Assembly: GCA_963805855.1 (NCBI GenBank)
Contig: CAWDVW010000007.1
Span: forward strand, 544,001 to 608,000
Length of the DNA stretch: 64,000 nucleotides
Direction: 5' to 3'
Source: Candidatus Dadabacteria bacterium
GTDB taxonomy: Bacteria; Desulfobacterota_D; UBA1144; Nemesobacterales; CSP1-2
Of the stretch, positions 10,317-20,606 are shown in pieces. Position 1 is the stretch's first letter. The number at the start of each line of letters is the position of its first letter. Under the pieces are notes generated by a model, which was not told where the DNA came from, ran no database searches, and saw nothing but the letters and a program-made list of their open reading frames with translations. Both the position numbers and the translations under genes were made by a program.

Positions 10317-11774
10317 TTAATTAGTCTCTCTTTTTTCTCCGTACGCGACCTTTTTATATATTTCTTCATCCAACCCTCCCCCCTCAAATCTATCGTCGAG
10401 CTCCGCGATCTCCTGTATCAACAAGGCCTTTTCCTTTTCAATATCATTCAAGGTCTCCTTGCTTTCGTTTCTATCAAACCCCTTCCCTTTGAAAATAAAT
10501 GCGTATAGTATCCCACCCCCGACAACAAGCAAAACCACGCCAACTGCCGCCCACTTGGCGATTGATTCACGATCAAACGATTTATTAATAGTTACCACTA
10601 TTGAGGAGCCAGATTTTAGATTGCTGCCAGTCCACTGAACAAACTTTTCATTTTGAATATCTACGACATCACCTCCACTAAGACCCTCCACAGTCACCTT
10701 CTCATCCAAATCAGAAACAAGAAGTAAGAAACTATCAGTGGGATAATTCACCCTGTCTTCGATCACATTTTTCCCGGATTTAAATGGAATTGTATACGTG
10801 TAAACTACCCTGCTAACACCTGGCCAAATCGGAGACGTATCCGAAAATCCGGATTCGGTTTGAACAACGTTTTCACTCGTAATACCATGGATGAACTGAA
10901 TATTGCTAGCATCACCGGGTAGATGAAACTTTAAGGTCTCCCTTTTACCATCAACCACCTCAGAACCGACGTATATCTTCTTATCTTTGTTTTCAAACAT
11001 CAGTAATTCTGCAACCGAAATCGAGTCCGTAGCGACCTGTAAAATCATATGAGCTTGTTTTATTATTATTTCACTGTCGCTTTCGGTTGGTTCATATACG
11101 GGTAGCTCAGTAGTCTTCGTATCCTCATCCGGGTAAAAAACCAACTTATCCGTTACATATTCGGTGCCCCTATAATTTAGGGTAATCGTATAGCTACGGT
11201 TCCAGGGTAAATCTCTGAATTCAAAAGCTCCATTTTTGTCTGTCATAAGTTTCTTTTCATCCGTAACACGATCTCCTAACATTTCACGCAGGGTGAGTTC
11301 GATTCCACCCGTGAGCTCGTCACTAGTTTTGTTCGTGACACTACCCTTAATATCACCATAATCTTTTGTAGATTGAACGGGCTTCTTAGAAAAAAGATAG
11401 TCTGCAATGACGTCAATGTGAGCTTGCGGAACCTGTAGCGGAGGCATCGGAGGATAGCCCTCGTTTATGGGCATTTTACCCTTTGCCTGGTACACCTGTT
11501 GAGGATTCTCTATCCATTGCTTTATTTCATCTTTACTATATTTGCTGCTGATCCCTGCCAGGTCTGGGCCCACAAATGTACCCCTGCCAATTGTATGACA
11601 ATTAACGCATCGATTTTGGATAAATAGATCCTTTCCAAGATCCGCTTTCTCGGCATCCACCTGAGCAAATATATCCACTCCTAAAAAGACCGTAGACGAC
11701 AGAAGCAAAAATGCGATCGTCGAGATAACAGACAAATTATTTATTCCTTTCAAATTAGGCACCTTAGCTGACAT
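10317..11774 (-). CDS. Monoheme cytochrome c fused to a carboxypeptidase-regulatory-like beta domain and C-terminal TM/coiled coil (ccm operon accessory protein)
   Basis: CVNCH ... GPDL ... MPP class I cytochrome c domain, beta-rich middle region, TM helix near the C-terminus. The true end may be 10286 if the A5 run at 10351-10355 has an extra base. Confidence 0.75.
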   Translation of the reverse strand: MSAKVPNLKGINNLSVISTIAFLLLSSTVFLGVDIFAQVDAEKADLGKDLFIQNRCVNCHTIGRGTFVGPDLAGISSKYSKDEIKQWIENPQQVYQAKGKMPINEGYPPMPPLQVPQAHIDVIADYLFSKKPVQSTKDYGDIKGSVTNKTSDELTGGIELTLREMLGDRVTDEKKLMTDKNGAFEFRDLPWNRSYTITLNYRGTEYVTDKLVFYPDEDTKTTELPVYEPTESDSEIIIKQAHMILQVATDSISVAELLMFENKDKKIYVGSEVVDGKRETLKFHLPGDASNIQFIHGITSENVVQTESGFSDTSPIWPGVSRVVYTYTIPFKSGKNVIEDRVNYPTDSFLLLVSDLDEKVTVEGLSGGDVVDIQNEKFVQWTGSNLKSGSSIVVTINKSFDRESIAKWAAVGVVLLVVGGGILYAFIFKGKGFDRNESKETLNDIEKEKALLIQEIAELDDRFEGGGLDEEIYKKVAYGEKRETN

Positions 11775-12291
11775 CTTTTAGGCCGATACCGCACCTTGAA
11801 CAAAAAAGATCCCCTGCGCTGTATTGCCTCCCACAATTCATACATGTTAGATATTTATTTTTATCGTTGTTCTGTTTTCGGGCTTTCAAAATTTCCTCTT
11901 CGATTTCATTTTCTTCCGGTAACTTTGACTTCCTTATTGCCGTTATCTCTTTTTCTAATTCATCTTCTAACTCCGTAGAATGTACACCTTTACCAATTTC
12001 ATCTATCTCTTTAAGTACGGACACGGCTTTTGCTTTGTAATCTCGTTTAAGTTCGTCATAATCTTCTCTCGATAGTTTTCCCAGTCCATAATCAAATTCT
12101 ATATCATTTAACGCCGTGTAAAGTAATTCCTTCTCAGAGTTAAGCTTTTTCAACTCTTTTAGAGAAGGGTTTTCAACAGGATTAGATATCTGCTCAATTG
12201 GGTTTTCTACGTCGGCGTTTTTTTTGAAGAAAGGCAAGGTTATAAAGACTGCTGTAAGAATCACTATCGCCAACAAGATAATTATTTCCAA
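11764..12291 (-). CDS. CcmI-like membrane protein with C-terminal zinc ribbon
   Basis: N-terminal TM, L.DIEFDY..GKLS.EDY motif, CxxC...FCxxCG; lies downstream of ccmF. Confidence 0.75.
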   Translation of the reverse strand: MEIIILLAIVILTAVFITLPFFKKNADVENPIEQISNPVENPSLKELKKLNSEKELLYTALNDIEFDYGLGKLSREDYDELKRDYKAKAVSVLKEIDEIGKGVHSTELEDELEKEITAIRKSKLPEENEIEEEILKARKQNNDKNKYLTCMNCGRQYSAGDLFCSRCGIGLKDVS

Positions 12292-12357
12292 TTTGACATT
12301 CCTAGCTTTCTGGAACTATTCAATAATAAGGATTAAAATGGCAATGAGAGGAAATTT

Positions 12358-14358
12358 CTAAACTTCTGCCGTCATGTCCTTTGATCCTATGCTATATCTG
12401 GCAAGTACTTCCTGTTCCTTTTTGATGGGAGTAGGCCACATAATAACGATTGCCCCCAAAAGTAGAACCACGCCGCCGGCCCAAATCCACGATATCATTG
12501 GATTTATTAAAACCCTGAAGCTAGCGCTACCATCTTGAAAATTTGAAAGTATTACATAGAGGTCATGTGTAAACGAAGAAAGAATTGCAACCTCAGTTTC
12601 TTGATTAATTTCACGATTTCCGGAGTAAATATACACATTCTTTTCTGGAACTATTTCTCCGACCTTTCTCTCGCCATTAAATACTGAGAGGCTAGCGGCT
12701 GTCACATGTTTCGCATCTGTCGTATACTGGTTGATATTTCCAAACCTCAAAGTGACATCACCAACACTCATAGATTCCCCTGGCTTCAGTGTTGCCTCTT
12801 TTTGCTTAACAAAAACAGATGAGCCAGTCACACCGATCACTACCAAAACAACTCCGAGGTGGACTATGTAACCACCGTATCTCCTGCGGTTCTTGGATAC
12901 GAGTCTCCCGAAGGCTCGCAAATAATTTTCCCCTCTCCTAACCCGGACCTTCATCCCCCTGTAGTATTCTACAAACACGGTTGCGGTCACATACGCGCAC
13001 AGACCGAAGGAAATAAGAGCATAAATGTGTCTGATTCCGAAAACAAATAAGATTACAGATGTCAGAATTCCGGTTGCTACTGGAAACGTGAAATTCCTGA
13101 TTAAATTATCCTTCGACGCCTTCCTCCAGGAAATTAGCGGACCAATTCCCATCAGAAGTATCAATACTAAGCCGATCGGAACGTTCACCTTATTAAAATA
13201 CGGGGGACCGACAAGAATCTTGTTCCGCGTGACTAGTTCGGATATGAGTGGGAATATTGTTCCCAGAAATACGGTAAAAGCAGCGCCCAGAAAAAGAAGG
13301 TTATTAAATATGAAAGCGCTCTCTCTAGATAAAATGGAGTCGAAATGATTATCGCTTTTAAGATCATCTAATCTAAGAATAAACATGGCAAATGAGAAAA
13401 TAAGTATGAAACCTATAAAACCTAAGAAATAGGGACCAATGTCTGACTGGGCAAACGAATGAACCGAGGAAAGTATCCCGCTTCTGGTAACAAAGGTGCC
13501 AAATATTGCCAGGAAAAACGTTAGTATTATCAGCGATAAATTCCACTTTTTTAGCATTCCTCTTTTTTCTTGAATCATTACCGAGTGAACAAACGCCGTT
13601 CCGACAAGCCATGGCATAAATGCGGCATTCTCCACGGGATCCCATGCCCAGTAACCACCCCAACCTAATTCCAAGTAAGCCCACCTTGCACCCAGCAACA
13701 AACCAAGGCTTAAGAATGTCCATGCAAGCAGTGCCCATTTTCTAGATTGTCTTATCCACTCGTCATCCAACTTGCCGCTCAGAAGGGCGCCCATCCCAAA
13801 TGCAAAGGGTACCGTGACTCCAACATAACCAAGGTATAAGGTTAGAGGATGAATGGCCATATAGCCATTCTGCAGAATCGGGTTTAGCCCCCGTCCCTCT
13901 TCAGCGACGAAGGGTAGCTTTTCGAAAGGACTCTCAACAAAGGCTACAAGAAATATGAAGAAGGCCGAAACAGCAGCGAGTGTCGCGAGGACATATGGTG
14001 TGAACCTGCTTCGTCGCCTGTTCTGAAGCACTACAAGGGATGTATATATTGAGAGTATTAGGCACCATAGAAGCAGGGATCCAGCCTGGCCCGCCCACAA
14101 TGCGGTTATCCTGTAAATGGTAGACAGATCGCTACTTGCGTTTAAGGCGACATATTTAAGGCTGAAATCTAGATTCAGGAGAGCATGTATCAACGAGACG
14201 GCTGCTATGATTAGAAGAAAACAGACTGCAAGTGACCCGTTCTCGGCACTTTTGATTAAATCGTTCCTTCTGGTTTTCGCTCCAACGACCGAAGCAAATA
14301 TCGCGTACACGGAGAGTATAAAAGCTAAAAATATAGAAATGCTTCCAGTTTCGACCAT
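12358..14358 (-). CDS. ccmF: Cytochrome c heme lyase CcmF
   Basis: GLNPILQN, IHP, WAYLELGWGGYWAWDPVENA and SVHSF. Confidence 0.98.
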   Translation of the reverse strand: MVETGSISIFLAFILSVYAIFASVVGAKTRRNDLIKSAENGSLAVCFLLIIAAVSLIHALLNLDFSLKYVALNASSDLSTIYRITALWAGQAGSLLLWCLILSIYTSLVVLQNRRRSRFTPYVLATLAAVSAFFIFLVAFVESPFEKLPFVAEEGRGLNPILQNGYMAIHPLTLYLGYVGVTVPFAFGMGALLSGKLDDEWIRQSRKWALLAWTFLSLGLLLGARWAYLELGWGGYWAWDPVENAAFMPWLVGTAFVHSVMIQEKRGMLKKWNLSLIILTFFLAIFGTFVTRSGILSSVHSFAQSDIGPYFLGFIGFILIFSFAMFILRLDDLKSDNHFDSILSRESAFIFNNLLFLGAAFTVFLGTIFPLISELVTRNKILVGPPYFNKVNVPIGLVLILLMGIGPLISWRKASKDNLIRNFTFPVATGILTSVILFVFGIRHIYALISFGLCAYVTATVFVEYYRGMKVRVRRGENYLRAFGRLVSKNRRRYGGYIVHLGVVLVVIGVTGSSVFVKQKEATLKPGESMSVGDVTLRFGNINQYTTDAKHVTAASLSVFNGERKVGEIVPEKNVYIYSGNREINQETEVAILSSFTHDLYVILSNFQDGSASFRVLINPMISWIWAGGVVLLLGAIVIMWPTPIKKEQEVLARYSIGSKDMTAEV

Positions 14359-14359
14359 T

Positions 14360-14776
14360 TTATATATTTTCAGACCTTTTTAAAGAATCTGTGGATTCGT
14401 ACTTGGTGGGACATTTGGCCAACAACAAACTAGCCACAAATACGTTATCCGGCGTATATAGACCCTCAACGACCGCTTCGATGTCATCTTTAAATATATC
14501 AGGAACTATTCCCTTATACTTTACATCCAATGTTTCTTCCCCGTCCGCAATCGTAAACTCTAGACTTCCATCAATCTCATTCCTAATCGATCCGGGAACG
14601 ACCTTTCCCGAGACCCTTACTTTTTGCTGATACACTGAAGGTACCTTATCCTTCAATTCCTGAACGGTAAGATAGTAGATCATCGTATCATTGACACCAC
14701 CGTAAACGAGGTATGCTATAGCAACTGCGATCACAACGATGGCTACTATGAATTTTGTCTTTCCTTTTAGCATCAA
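14360..14776 (-). CDS. ccmE: Heme chaperone CcmE, CxxxY variant
   Basis: YYLT, VRVSG, YKGIVPDIF and AKCPTKY. Confidence 0.96.
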   Translation of the reverse strand: MMLKGKTKFIVAIVVIAVAIAYLVYGGVNDTMIYYLTVQELKDKVPSVYQQKVRVSGKVVPGSIRNEIDGSLEFTIADGEETLDVKYKGIVPDIFKDDIEAVVEGLYTPDNVFVASLLLAKCPTKYESTDSLKRSENI

Positions 14777-14803
14777 TTAACCGTCCTCACTGCAATAAAT
14801 AAG

Positions 14804-14947
14804 CTACCGACCTCCTTCATTTGAATCGAGAGAAGACTCGATAGACTCTAACTGATTTTTCAAGTCATGGTTTTTTCTAATAAGATAATAAACATATAGT
14901 AAAAGTACAATCCAAAAAATTACTTGCGACCAGAAAAGATAAGACAT
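14804..14947 (-). CDS. ccmD: CcmD family small membrane protein (47 aa, below the track cutoff)
   Basis: Manual translation MSYLFWSQVIFWIVLLLYVYYLIRKNHDLKNQLESIESSLDSNEGGR*; located between ccmC and ccmE. Confidence 0.85.
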   Translation of the reverse strand: MSYLFWSQVIFWIVLLLYVYYLIRKNHDLKNQLESIESSLDSNEGGR

Positions 14948-14952
14948 CTGCT

Positions 14953-15612
14953 TTACCTTGCCTCCATTAATCTAAGCCTAAGGATATTATCTTTCATGAT
15001 TTCTAGTTCTACTCTATGCTTAAGTATCAACAGGAACAAAAAAGTAAAAGCTACTAGTGTAACGAGCAATGCGACCATCATCTCCGGCGCAATACCACCG
15101 CCACCGGATCCAAATACAACCGGGGAGATTCCACGCATAACTCTCGCCGAAATGTAAACAAGCGGCAAGTCTAAAAACGCGATAATCCCAAAAACAGCGG
15201 CAAATTTTGCTTTCCTTATATCATTACCCGCAGATGAACGCAGTATCATATAAACAATGTAGAGAATCCAGAGAATAAATGTAGTAGTGAGTTGCGGATC
15301 CCAAGTCCACCAAGTCCCCCAGATGGGTTTTGCCCAAATACTACCCGATACTAGTGTAAGCGTAATAAAAACCACACCTATTTCAGCGGCAGAGTAAGCC
15401 AGGATATCCCAGTTACGACTCTCTTTTCTCAGATACTGTATACTTGCAACAAATACGATTACAAATGAAATAGTGGCGACCCAAACGGTTCCCATATGGA
15501 AATAAAAAATTTTTTGGATCGGTCCCATAACCTTCTCGGTCGGCGCGTAAATAAATGAAGCATAGAGCGAACCAATCATTGATATAAAAGTCAGAGCTAA
15601 AAGAAGATTCAT
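14953..15612 (-). CDS. ccmC: Heme exporter CcmC
   Basis: KIFYFH and the WWD domain [17 protein letters not shown]. Confidence 0.96.
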   Translation of the reverse strand: MNLLLALTFISMIGSLYASFIYAPTEKVMGPIQKIFYFHMGTVWVATISFVIVFVASIQYLRKESRNWDILAYSAAEIGVVFITLTLVSGSIWAKPIWGTWWTWDPQLTTTFILWILYIVYMILRSSAGNDIRKAKFAAVFGIIAFLDLPLVYISARVMRGISPVVFGSGGGGIAPEMMVALLVTLVAFTFLFLLILKHRVELEIMKDNILRLRLMEAR

Positions 15613-16383
15613 GATTAACCCGAGTAAAATCTATATTTATTCAATCTTTTCCTGCTACAAACTCAAAGACTCCAGACCAGATTTCGAATCAATTATATCG
15701 GATGTCATTACAACTTGCAAAGCACAACCCGAATACTCTACTGAACTTCCATCCCGCGCCCATGAACCCGACCTAATTAAGCCGATCATAGATGGCATAG
15801 TCAGAAGGAATAGCAAAATGCGAACTGGTGCTTCAGACAGTTTCGTAATTACGTGAACAGCCATCGCTTCAATAGTGCACGAATAAATAACTGGGATAAA
15901 AATGACACTCAGCTTATTATTCCCTCTCATCATCAGTTCACTCCTAGAAACAACAGCAAATTTCATACCAATATAATATGAACGTCTTCCCAATGTCTTA
16001 GCTGGATACGAATCGGCTTTAATCTGCAAACCTAACTTATTCAACTGTTCCAAAGAGTGATAGGTCATATAGATCATACCTTTTACTCATAGGAAAGGTT
16101 TCTGATATCTTCGAGCTCCATATCAATGATACCCGGGGCCTCAATGGCTTTATCCTCTCCAGTAGTCTGGTAACCCTTGATGAGAGCTTTATGGAAAATT
16201 AGAAGTAGCGGTCGTCAATTTTCTTCTCAAAGTACTCTCCTACTTTTTATGGCTTTGTCAGCCATTAATGTCAGTTTATTTGACATCTGACAGCTTGACG
16301 CCACGCCTGTATCGTAACATACACAAATCATTATAAACATTAGGCCTCCGTTCGATTCGAGTCTATTATATTCTATCATAAGA

Positions 16384-16453
16384 ATTCATATATGTCTTGA
16401 CATATATGAATCTGCATTGTATAATTCGTTCATATCTGCATAAGCGAATATGA
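16384..16453 (+). promoter_or_regulatory. Consensus sigma-70 promoter with overlapping operator-like palindromes
   Basis: TTGACA 16397-16402, 17 bp spacer, TATAAT 16420-16425. Perfect 13-2-13 inverted repeat at 16384-16411 and TCATAT-N12-ATATGA at 16430-16453. Confidence 0.8.
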
Positions 16454-16474
16454 TATAAGGGAGGGATAAATAAG

Positions 16475-16795
16475 GTGGTACAAATTATGAAAGGTATTGC
16501 TGCTGTTATATTTATCGCATTGTTGGCTCCTTACGCCGTTGGTGCAATGCTTATTGCCCTTTTAGGCATGATAGTCATTATTGTTTACTTCGGGGTAGAA
16601 GCTATCTCAATATCGAAACGACTAGTAATGAAAACCTTTTTCTGCCCCTTTAAAAGAAAGGTTGTGTCAGCGAAATTCGAGCCCAGTATCTTCACTTTTC
16701 GGCAATACGATGATGTTACTCAGTGTTCGGCATTTAATAGCGGCAAAGTCAGATGCAAAAAGAAGTGCTTGGATCTTCCGCAACTCAGCGCGTAA
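16475..16795 (+). CDS. Hypothetical membrane protein with Cys-rich C-terminal domain
   Basis: GGAGG RBS, hydrophobic N-terminus, then FFCP...QCSAF...CKKKC. Confidence 0.7.
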   Translation: MVQIMKGIAAVIFIALLAPYAVGAMLIALLGMIVIIVYFGVEAISISKRLVMKTFFCPFKRKVVSAKFEPSIFTFRQYDDVTQCSAFNSGKVRCKKKCLDLPQLSA

Positions 16796-17505
16796 ATGAA
16801 GGCGAAAGCACATTGGGCAGTATTGGGGTGGATTTTAAAATAGATTTTTATGATTAATTCGCTCCGCGGAGGGTATAATCATATCTGAAGGCCACCGATG
16901 GATAAGGTCTTAGCATATTTTTTTTGATCACTCGCGCCAGATAACGGTGCCACTTATTTGAGCGACGTAATTCCTTTTTCTAGTATATTACACTTACCTG
17001 CTTGGCTAATTTCATGACGATCAATCAGCTGTTTCTAGTGTAGAATCGGGAACATTGAATTCGTTAAATCCGACATAATCTATCTGCCGAGCCTTAATAA
17101 TACAGCCCATTGCAATAACAATTTTCCCCACGAAGAGGAGGTTTGGATAACGTCTAAGACGAGATGAAATGAGAATAAAAGGAATTAATTTCACCACCTG
17201 TTGTGCTTAGACGTATTTATGTGATTGAAATGTTGGAGTTGTAAAATGTCCTAAAATCTTACACCACAAAGAAGGAGTTATTGACAAGGAATAAGCCGAT
17301 CATCTATAAATTTGCCAGAATTTTAACTCGAAAATCCATATTTAATTCTTTTGTCCCAATGCCCAGCCAAATCTATGAAGTTCATAGCCAATAACTACAG
17401 GAAATCCCTATTCTAACAAACCCACTTTTACCACAATTCTCTTGATATATTTTTAGGTTCCACTTAGATCGTAACTGCGCTTCTGGAATGAATGAGCCAT
17501 CTCAT

Positions 17506-17521
17506 TGGCCTTATTTTTGCA
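17506..17521 (+). promoter_or_regulatory. Sigma-54 -24/-12 element upstream of feoB
   Basis: TGGCCTTATTTTTGCA (GG-N10-GC). Confidence 0.6.
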
Positions 17522-17569
17522 CGTATGTCATAAAAATTGAAAATTAATTGTTCATGTGGCGCTCTATAA

Positions 17570-19534
17570 ATGTTTAGCAAAGCCAAGTCTGAGAACCCCA
17601 CTCATCCAAAGAAGGCTGCTTTAATCGGAAATCCTAATGTCGGGAAAAGCTTAATTTTTGGTGCCCTTACCAAAAGATACGTTACCGTTTCAAATTATCC
17701 AGGAACAACGGTCGAGATAACCTCGGGAGAGATGAAAATCGGCTCAGAAACGATTTCTCTTATAGACACGCCCGGGGTTAATAGCCTGACGCCGACGTCG
17801 GAAGACGAAAGGGTTGTTAGAAATATTATATTCGAAGATGACATTAACTTTATAATTCAGGTTATAGATGCAAAAAACCTGGAGAGGGGTCTGTATATAA
17901 CAATTCAGGTTGCAGAAATGGGACTTCCCTTACTCATAGTTCTTAATATGATGGATGAAGCGCAACAAAGAGGAGTCGACATTAACATAGCAAATCTCTC
18001 TCATAAACTTGGGGTTCCTATCGTTCCGACTGTGGCAATCGAAAGAAAAGGAATAGAAGGAATTAAGAACGAACTTGTAAATTCGAGTATCCCTCAACTG
18101 AGAGTTCCTTACTCTCAAGCCATAGAAGGAATGTTAGCAGAAGTGAAACAAATTCTATCAAACCCTCATTTCTCAAGATTTATAGGCCTTTCTATCATAT
18201 CAGGCGACTGCAGAATGGATGAAGACATTATTAACAGAATTCCTAAAGAAAAGCTAGACTCAATTGCTGGACTTGATCCTCTCTCCAAGCTCGGCTCAAG
18301 GGAATATCCTATAAGCTATTTCATCGGTCTGAAGAGGCTTGAGCTCGCAAAAGAAATCGTTCAGAAGGTATCAACTGCCTCTTTTAAATCAGGCAACCGA
18401 ACCCTGGATCTTTTAGGACGGACATCGACTCATCCTGTATTTGGAATTCCTATATTAATTTTGATACTGTACCTCGCATATCTCTTCGTGGGAAAACTGG
18501 GGGCAGGAACATTCGTTGATTTCTTGGAGGTAACCGTCTTTGAAGGATATATAAACCCCTTTTTTAAAATAGTCATACCCAAAATTATTCCCTTCAAGAT
18601 ACTGATTGATTTTCTGGTAGGTGATTTTGGAATAATTACTATGGCGCTGACATACTCACTTGCAATCATTTTTCCGGTAATCTGCACATTTTTCATCTTT
18701 TTTAGTATCCTCGAAGATTCCGGATACCTCCCAAGGCTGGCCATTATGGTTGACAGGGTGTTTAAGTTAATGGGGCTAAATGGAAAAGTTGTACTCCCGA
18801 TGGTACTGGGGCTGGGATGTGACACAATGGCAACCCTTACCACGAGGATGCTCGAGACGAAAAAAGAAAGGCTAATTGTGATATTTCTTCTGGCTGTAGG
18901 AATCCCGTGTTCGGCCCAGCTCGCTGTGGTATTTGCTATGGCCTCTACTCTACCTCCGTGGGGTATTTTCTTTTGGGGAGTAGAAATTTGTGTTGTTCTT
19001 TTCGCAGTTGGCTTCCTCGCTTCTTACTTTGTAAAAGGAGAAAGCCGAGACCTTATTATTGAGGTTCCGCCCATAAGGATTCCACAAATCGGCAACGTAA
19101 TCGTTAAGACTATTGCGCGGCTTGAATGGTATTTGAAAGAAGCGGTCCCGCTCTTTATCTTGGGAACGATAATACTTTTTGTCTTGGATAGGCTCAAGGT
19201 TCTTGGATTTTTACAGAATCTGGCTTCACCGATCGTAGTAAAATTTCTTGACCTTCCTAAAGAGGCCACTAATGCCTTTTTAATCGGATTCCTGAGAAGA
19301 GACTATGGTGCTGCCGGCCTTTTCGATCTTCAACAGAGTGGATATTTGAGCAGCCATCAGGTTTTGGTAAGTCTTGTCACGATTACGCTATTTGTCCCCT
19401 GTGTTGCCAATTTTCTAATAATTATAAAGGAACAAGGGCTCAGAACCGCCCTTATTATAGTTGGGATAGTTCTTTTCATAGCCATTATTGTAGGAGGTAT
19501 GACGAATTGGATACTGTGGAGCCTCGGAATCTAA
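17570..19534 (+). CDS. feoB: Ferrous iron transporter B
   Basis: GNPNVGKS, NYPGTTVE, DTPG, NMMD, LEDSGYLPRLA and gate motifs. Confidence 0.97.
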   Translation: MFSKAKSENPTHPKKAALIGNPNVGKSLIFGALTKRYVTVSNYPGTTVEITSGEMKIGSETISLIDTPGVNSLTPTSEDERVVRNIIFEDDINFIIQVIDAKNLERGLYITIQVAEMGLPLLIVLNMMDEAQQRGVDINIANLSHKLGVPIVPTVAIERKGIEGIKNELVNSSIPQLRVPYSQAIEGMLAEVKQILSNPHFSRFIGLSIISGDCRMDEDIINRIPKEKLDSIAGLDPLSKLGSREYPISYFIGLKRLELAKEIVQKVSTASFKSGNRTLDLLGRTSTHPVFGIPILILILYLAYLFVGKLGAGTFVDFLEVTVFEGYINPFFKIVIPKIIPFKILIDFLVGDFGIITMALTYSLAIIFPVICTFFIFFSILEDSGYLPRLAIMVDRVFKLMGLNGKVVLPMVLGLGCDTMATLTTRMLETKKERLIVIFLLAVGIPCSAQLAVVFAMASTLPPWGIFFWGVEICVVLFAVGFLASYFVKGESRDLIIEVPPIRIPQIGNVIVKTIARLEWYLKEAVPLFILGTIILFVLDRLKVLGFLQNLASPIVVKFLDLPKEATNAFLIGFLRRDYGAAGLFDLQQSGYLSSHQVLVSLVTITLFVPCVANFLIIIKEQGLRTALIIVGIVLFIAIIVGGMTNWILWSLGI

Positions 19535-19719
19535 TCTCCTGCCCGTTGTGTGGAGAGGAATTTCATAGGGAGGAGGGAACCGAAAAGTGTATAAGTTGCC
19601 CTATAAGTATAGGAGACTGCCTGTTGATCTGCTGCCCGAGATGTGGATATTCCTTCCCCCAGGAGTCAAAACTTATCCTGTGGCTAAAGAAAATCTTTAA
19701 ACCAGAGGGAAGAGCATGA
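19507..19719 (+). CDS. Small Cys-rich FeoB-associated protein (FeoC-like metal or Fe-S binder)
   Basis: CPLC...CISCP...C...CCPRCGY; overlaps feoB and the regulator gene (ATGA). Confidence 0.7.
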   Translation: MDTVEPRNLISCPLCGEEFHREEGTEKCISCPISIGDCLLICCPRCGYSFPQESKLILWLKKIFKPEGRA

Positions 19720-20372
19720 AATACGATGAAGAAAGCGATGAACTGCTTGAGCTTATCTGGAAGCTCAGGGAAGAAAGCATCCAAGACGAAGAAACAATCT
19801 ACAAAAGGTCTTGGAACAAAGACGTGAAAAAAGCTATGACATGTGCTCTGGACGCGAATCTTTTAAGTAAGAGTGACGGCAAAATCAACCTTACCACAAC
19901 CGGCGAAGCGAGGGCAAAAATGATAGTCAGGCGCCACCGTCTCGCCGAGAAGCTTCTTAAAGATATACTCCGGGTAGGGTCCATTGAAATGGACTCTACA
20001 GCCTGTGAGCTTGAACATATTCTTGGTCCCGAGGTCACGGAATCTATTTGTGCTTTCCTTGGACATCCCAGGTTTTGTCCACATGGAAAACCGATTCCTC
20101 TAGGAGAATGCTGCGGAATTCTTAAAGAAGAAACTAAGGAATTTGTCGTTCCACTCGCGAAAATAATCCCCGGAGATAGGGCAAAGATAATCTTTTTGGT
20201 ACCCAGGCACCATATAAGATTGCATCAACTTACCAACCTGGGAATCATTCCCGGAGCTGAAATCGTCCTTCACCAAAAACAACCTGCATATGTATTAAGA
20301 GCAGGAGAGACAGATATTGCCATAGATGATGAAATTGCGAGACATATATACGTAAGGAAGGTTTCGACTTAG
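19716..20372 (+). CDS. DtxR/MntR family metal-dependent regulator with C-terminal FeoA domain
   Basis: RRHRLAE, ACELEH, CPHGKPIP and FeoA-like LGIIPG. Confidence 0.93.
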   Translation: MKYDEESDELLELIWKLREESIQDEETIYKRSWNKDVKKAMTCALDANLLSKSDGKINLTTTGEARAKMIVRRHRLAEKLLKDILRVGSIEMDSTACELEHILGPEVTESICAFLGHPRFCPHGKPIPLGECCGILKEETKEFVVPLAKIIPGDRAKIIFLVPRHHIRLHQLTNLGIIPGAEIVLHQKQPAYVLRAGETDIAIDDEIARHIYVRKVST

Positions 20373-20466
20373 ATCCATTGGCTACCAAATTCTAGAGGAA
20401 TTTGAAAAAACTAACTGAGTTTTTTCGTTTAAAGCATTGTTAGATAAAAAATATGCCGATCTATTA

Positions 20467-20482
20467 TGGCACATTTATTGCA
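20467..20482 (+). promoter_or_regulatory. Sigma-54 promoter
   Basis: TGGCACATTTATTGCA, a perfect TGGCAC-N5-TTGCA. Confidence 0.85.
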
Positions 20483-20606
20483 CTAACTTTAAACAAAGGA
20501 GCGATTTTCCAACATAAAAATTTTAAAAACGTTGTTACCCGTGAAAAAAATACTACAAGAAAAAGAGGTGGTAATTATTTTTTCATATCGTGAAACGGAG
20601 TAAGGT

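Noticed and set aside
15655-16200. 140-aa minus-strand ORF and a possible methyltransferase remnant (DIRNLSYE*...YHSLE)
   Set aside because: No RBS or coherent family signature, and the similarity is too short and interrupted to support.
17452-17468. DtxR operator TTAGGTTCCACTTAG upstream of feoB
   Set aside because: Only a half-site resembles the consensus and the symmetry is weak.
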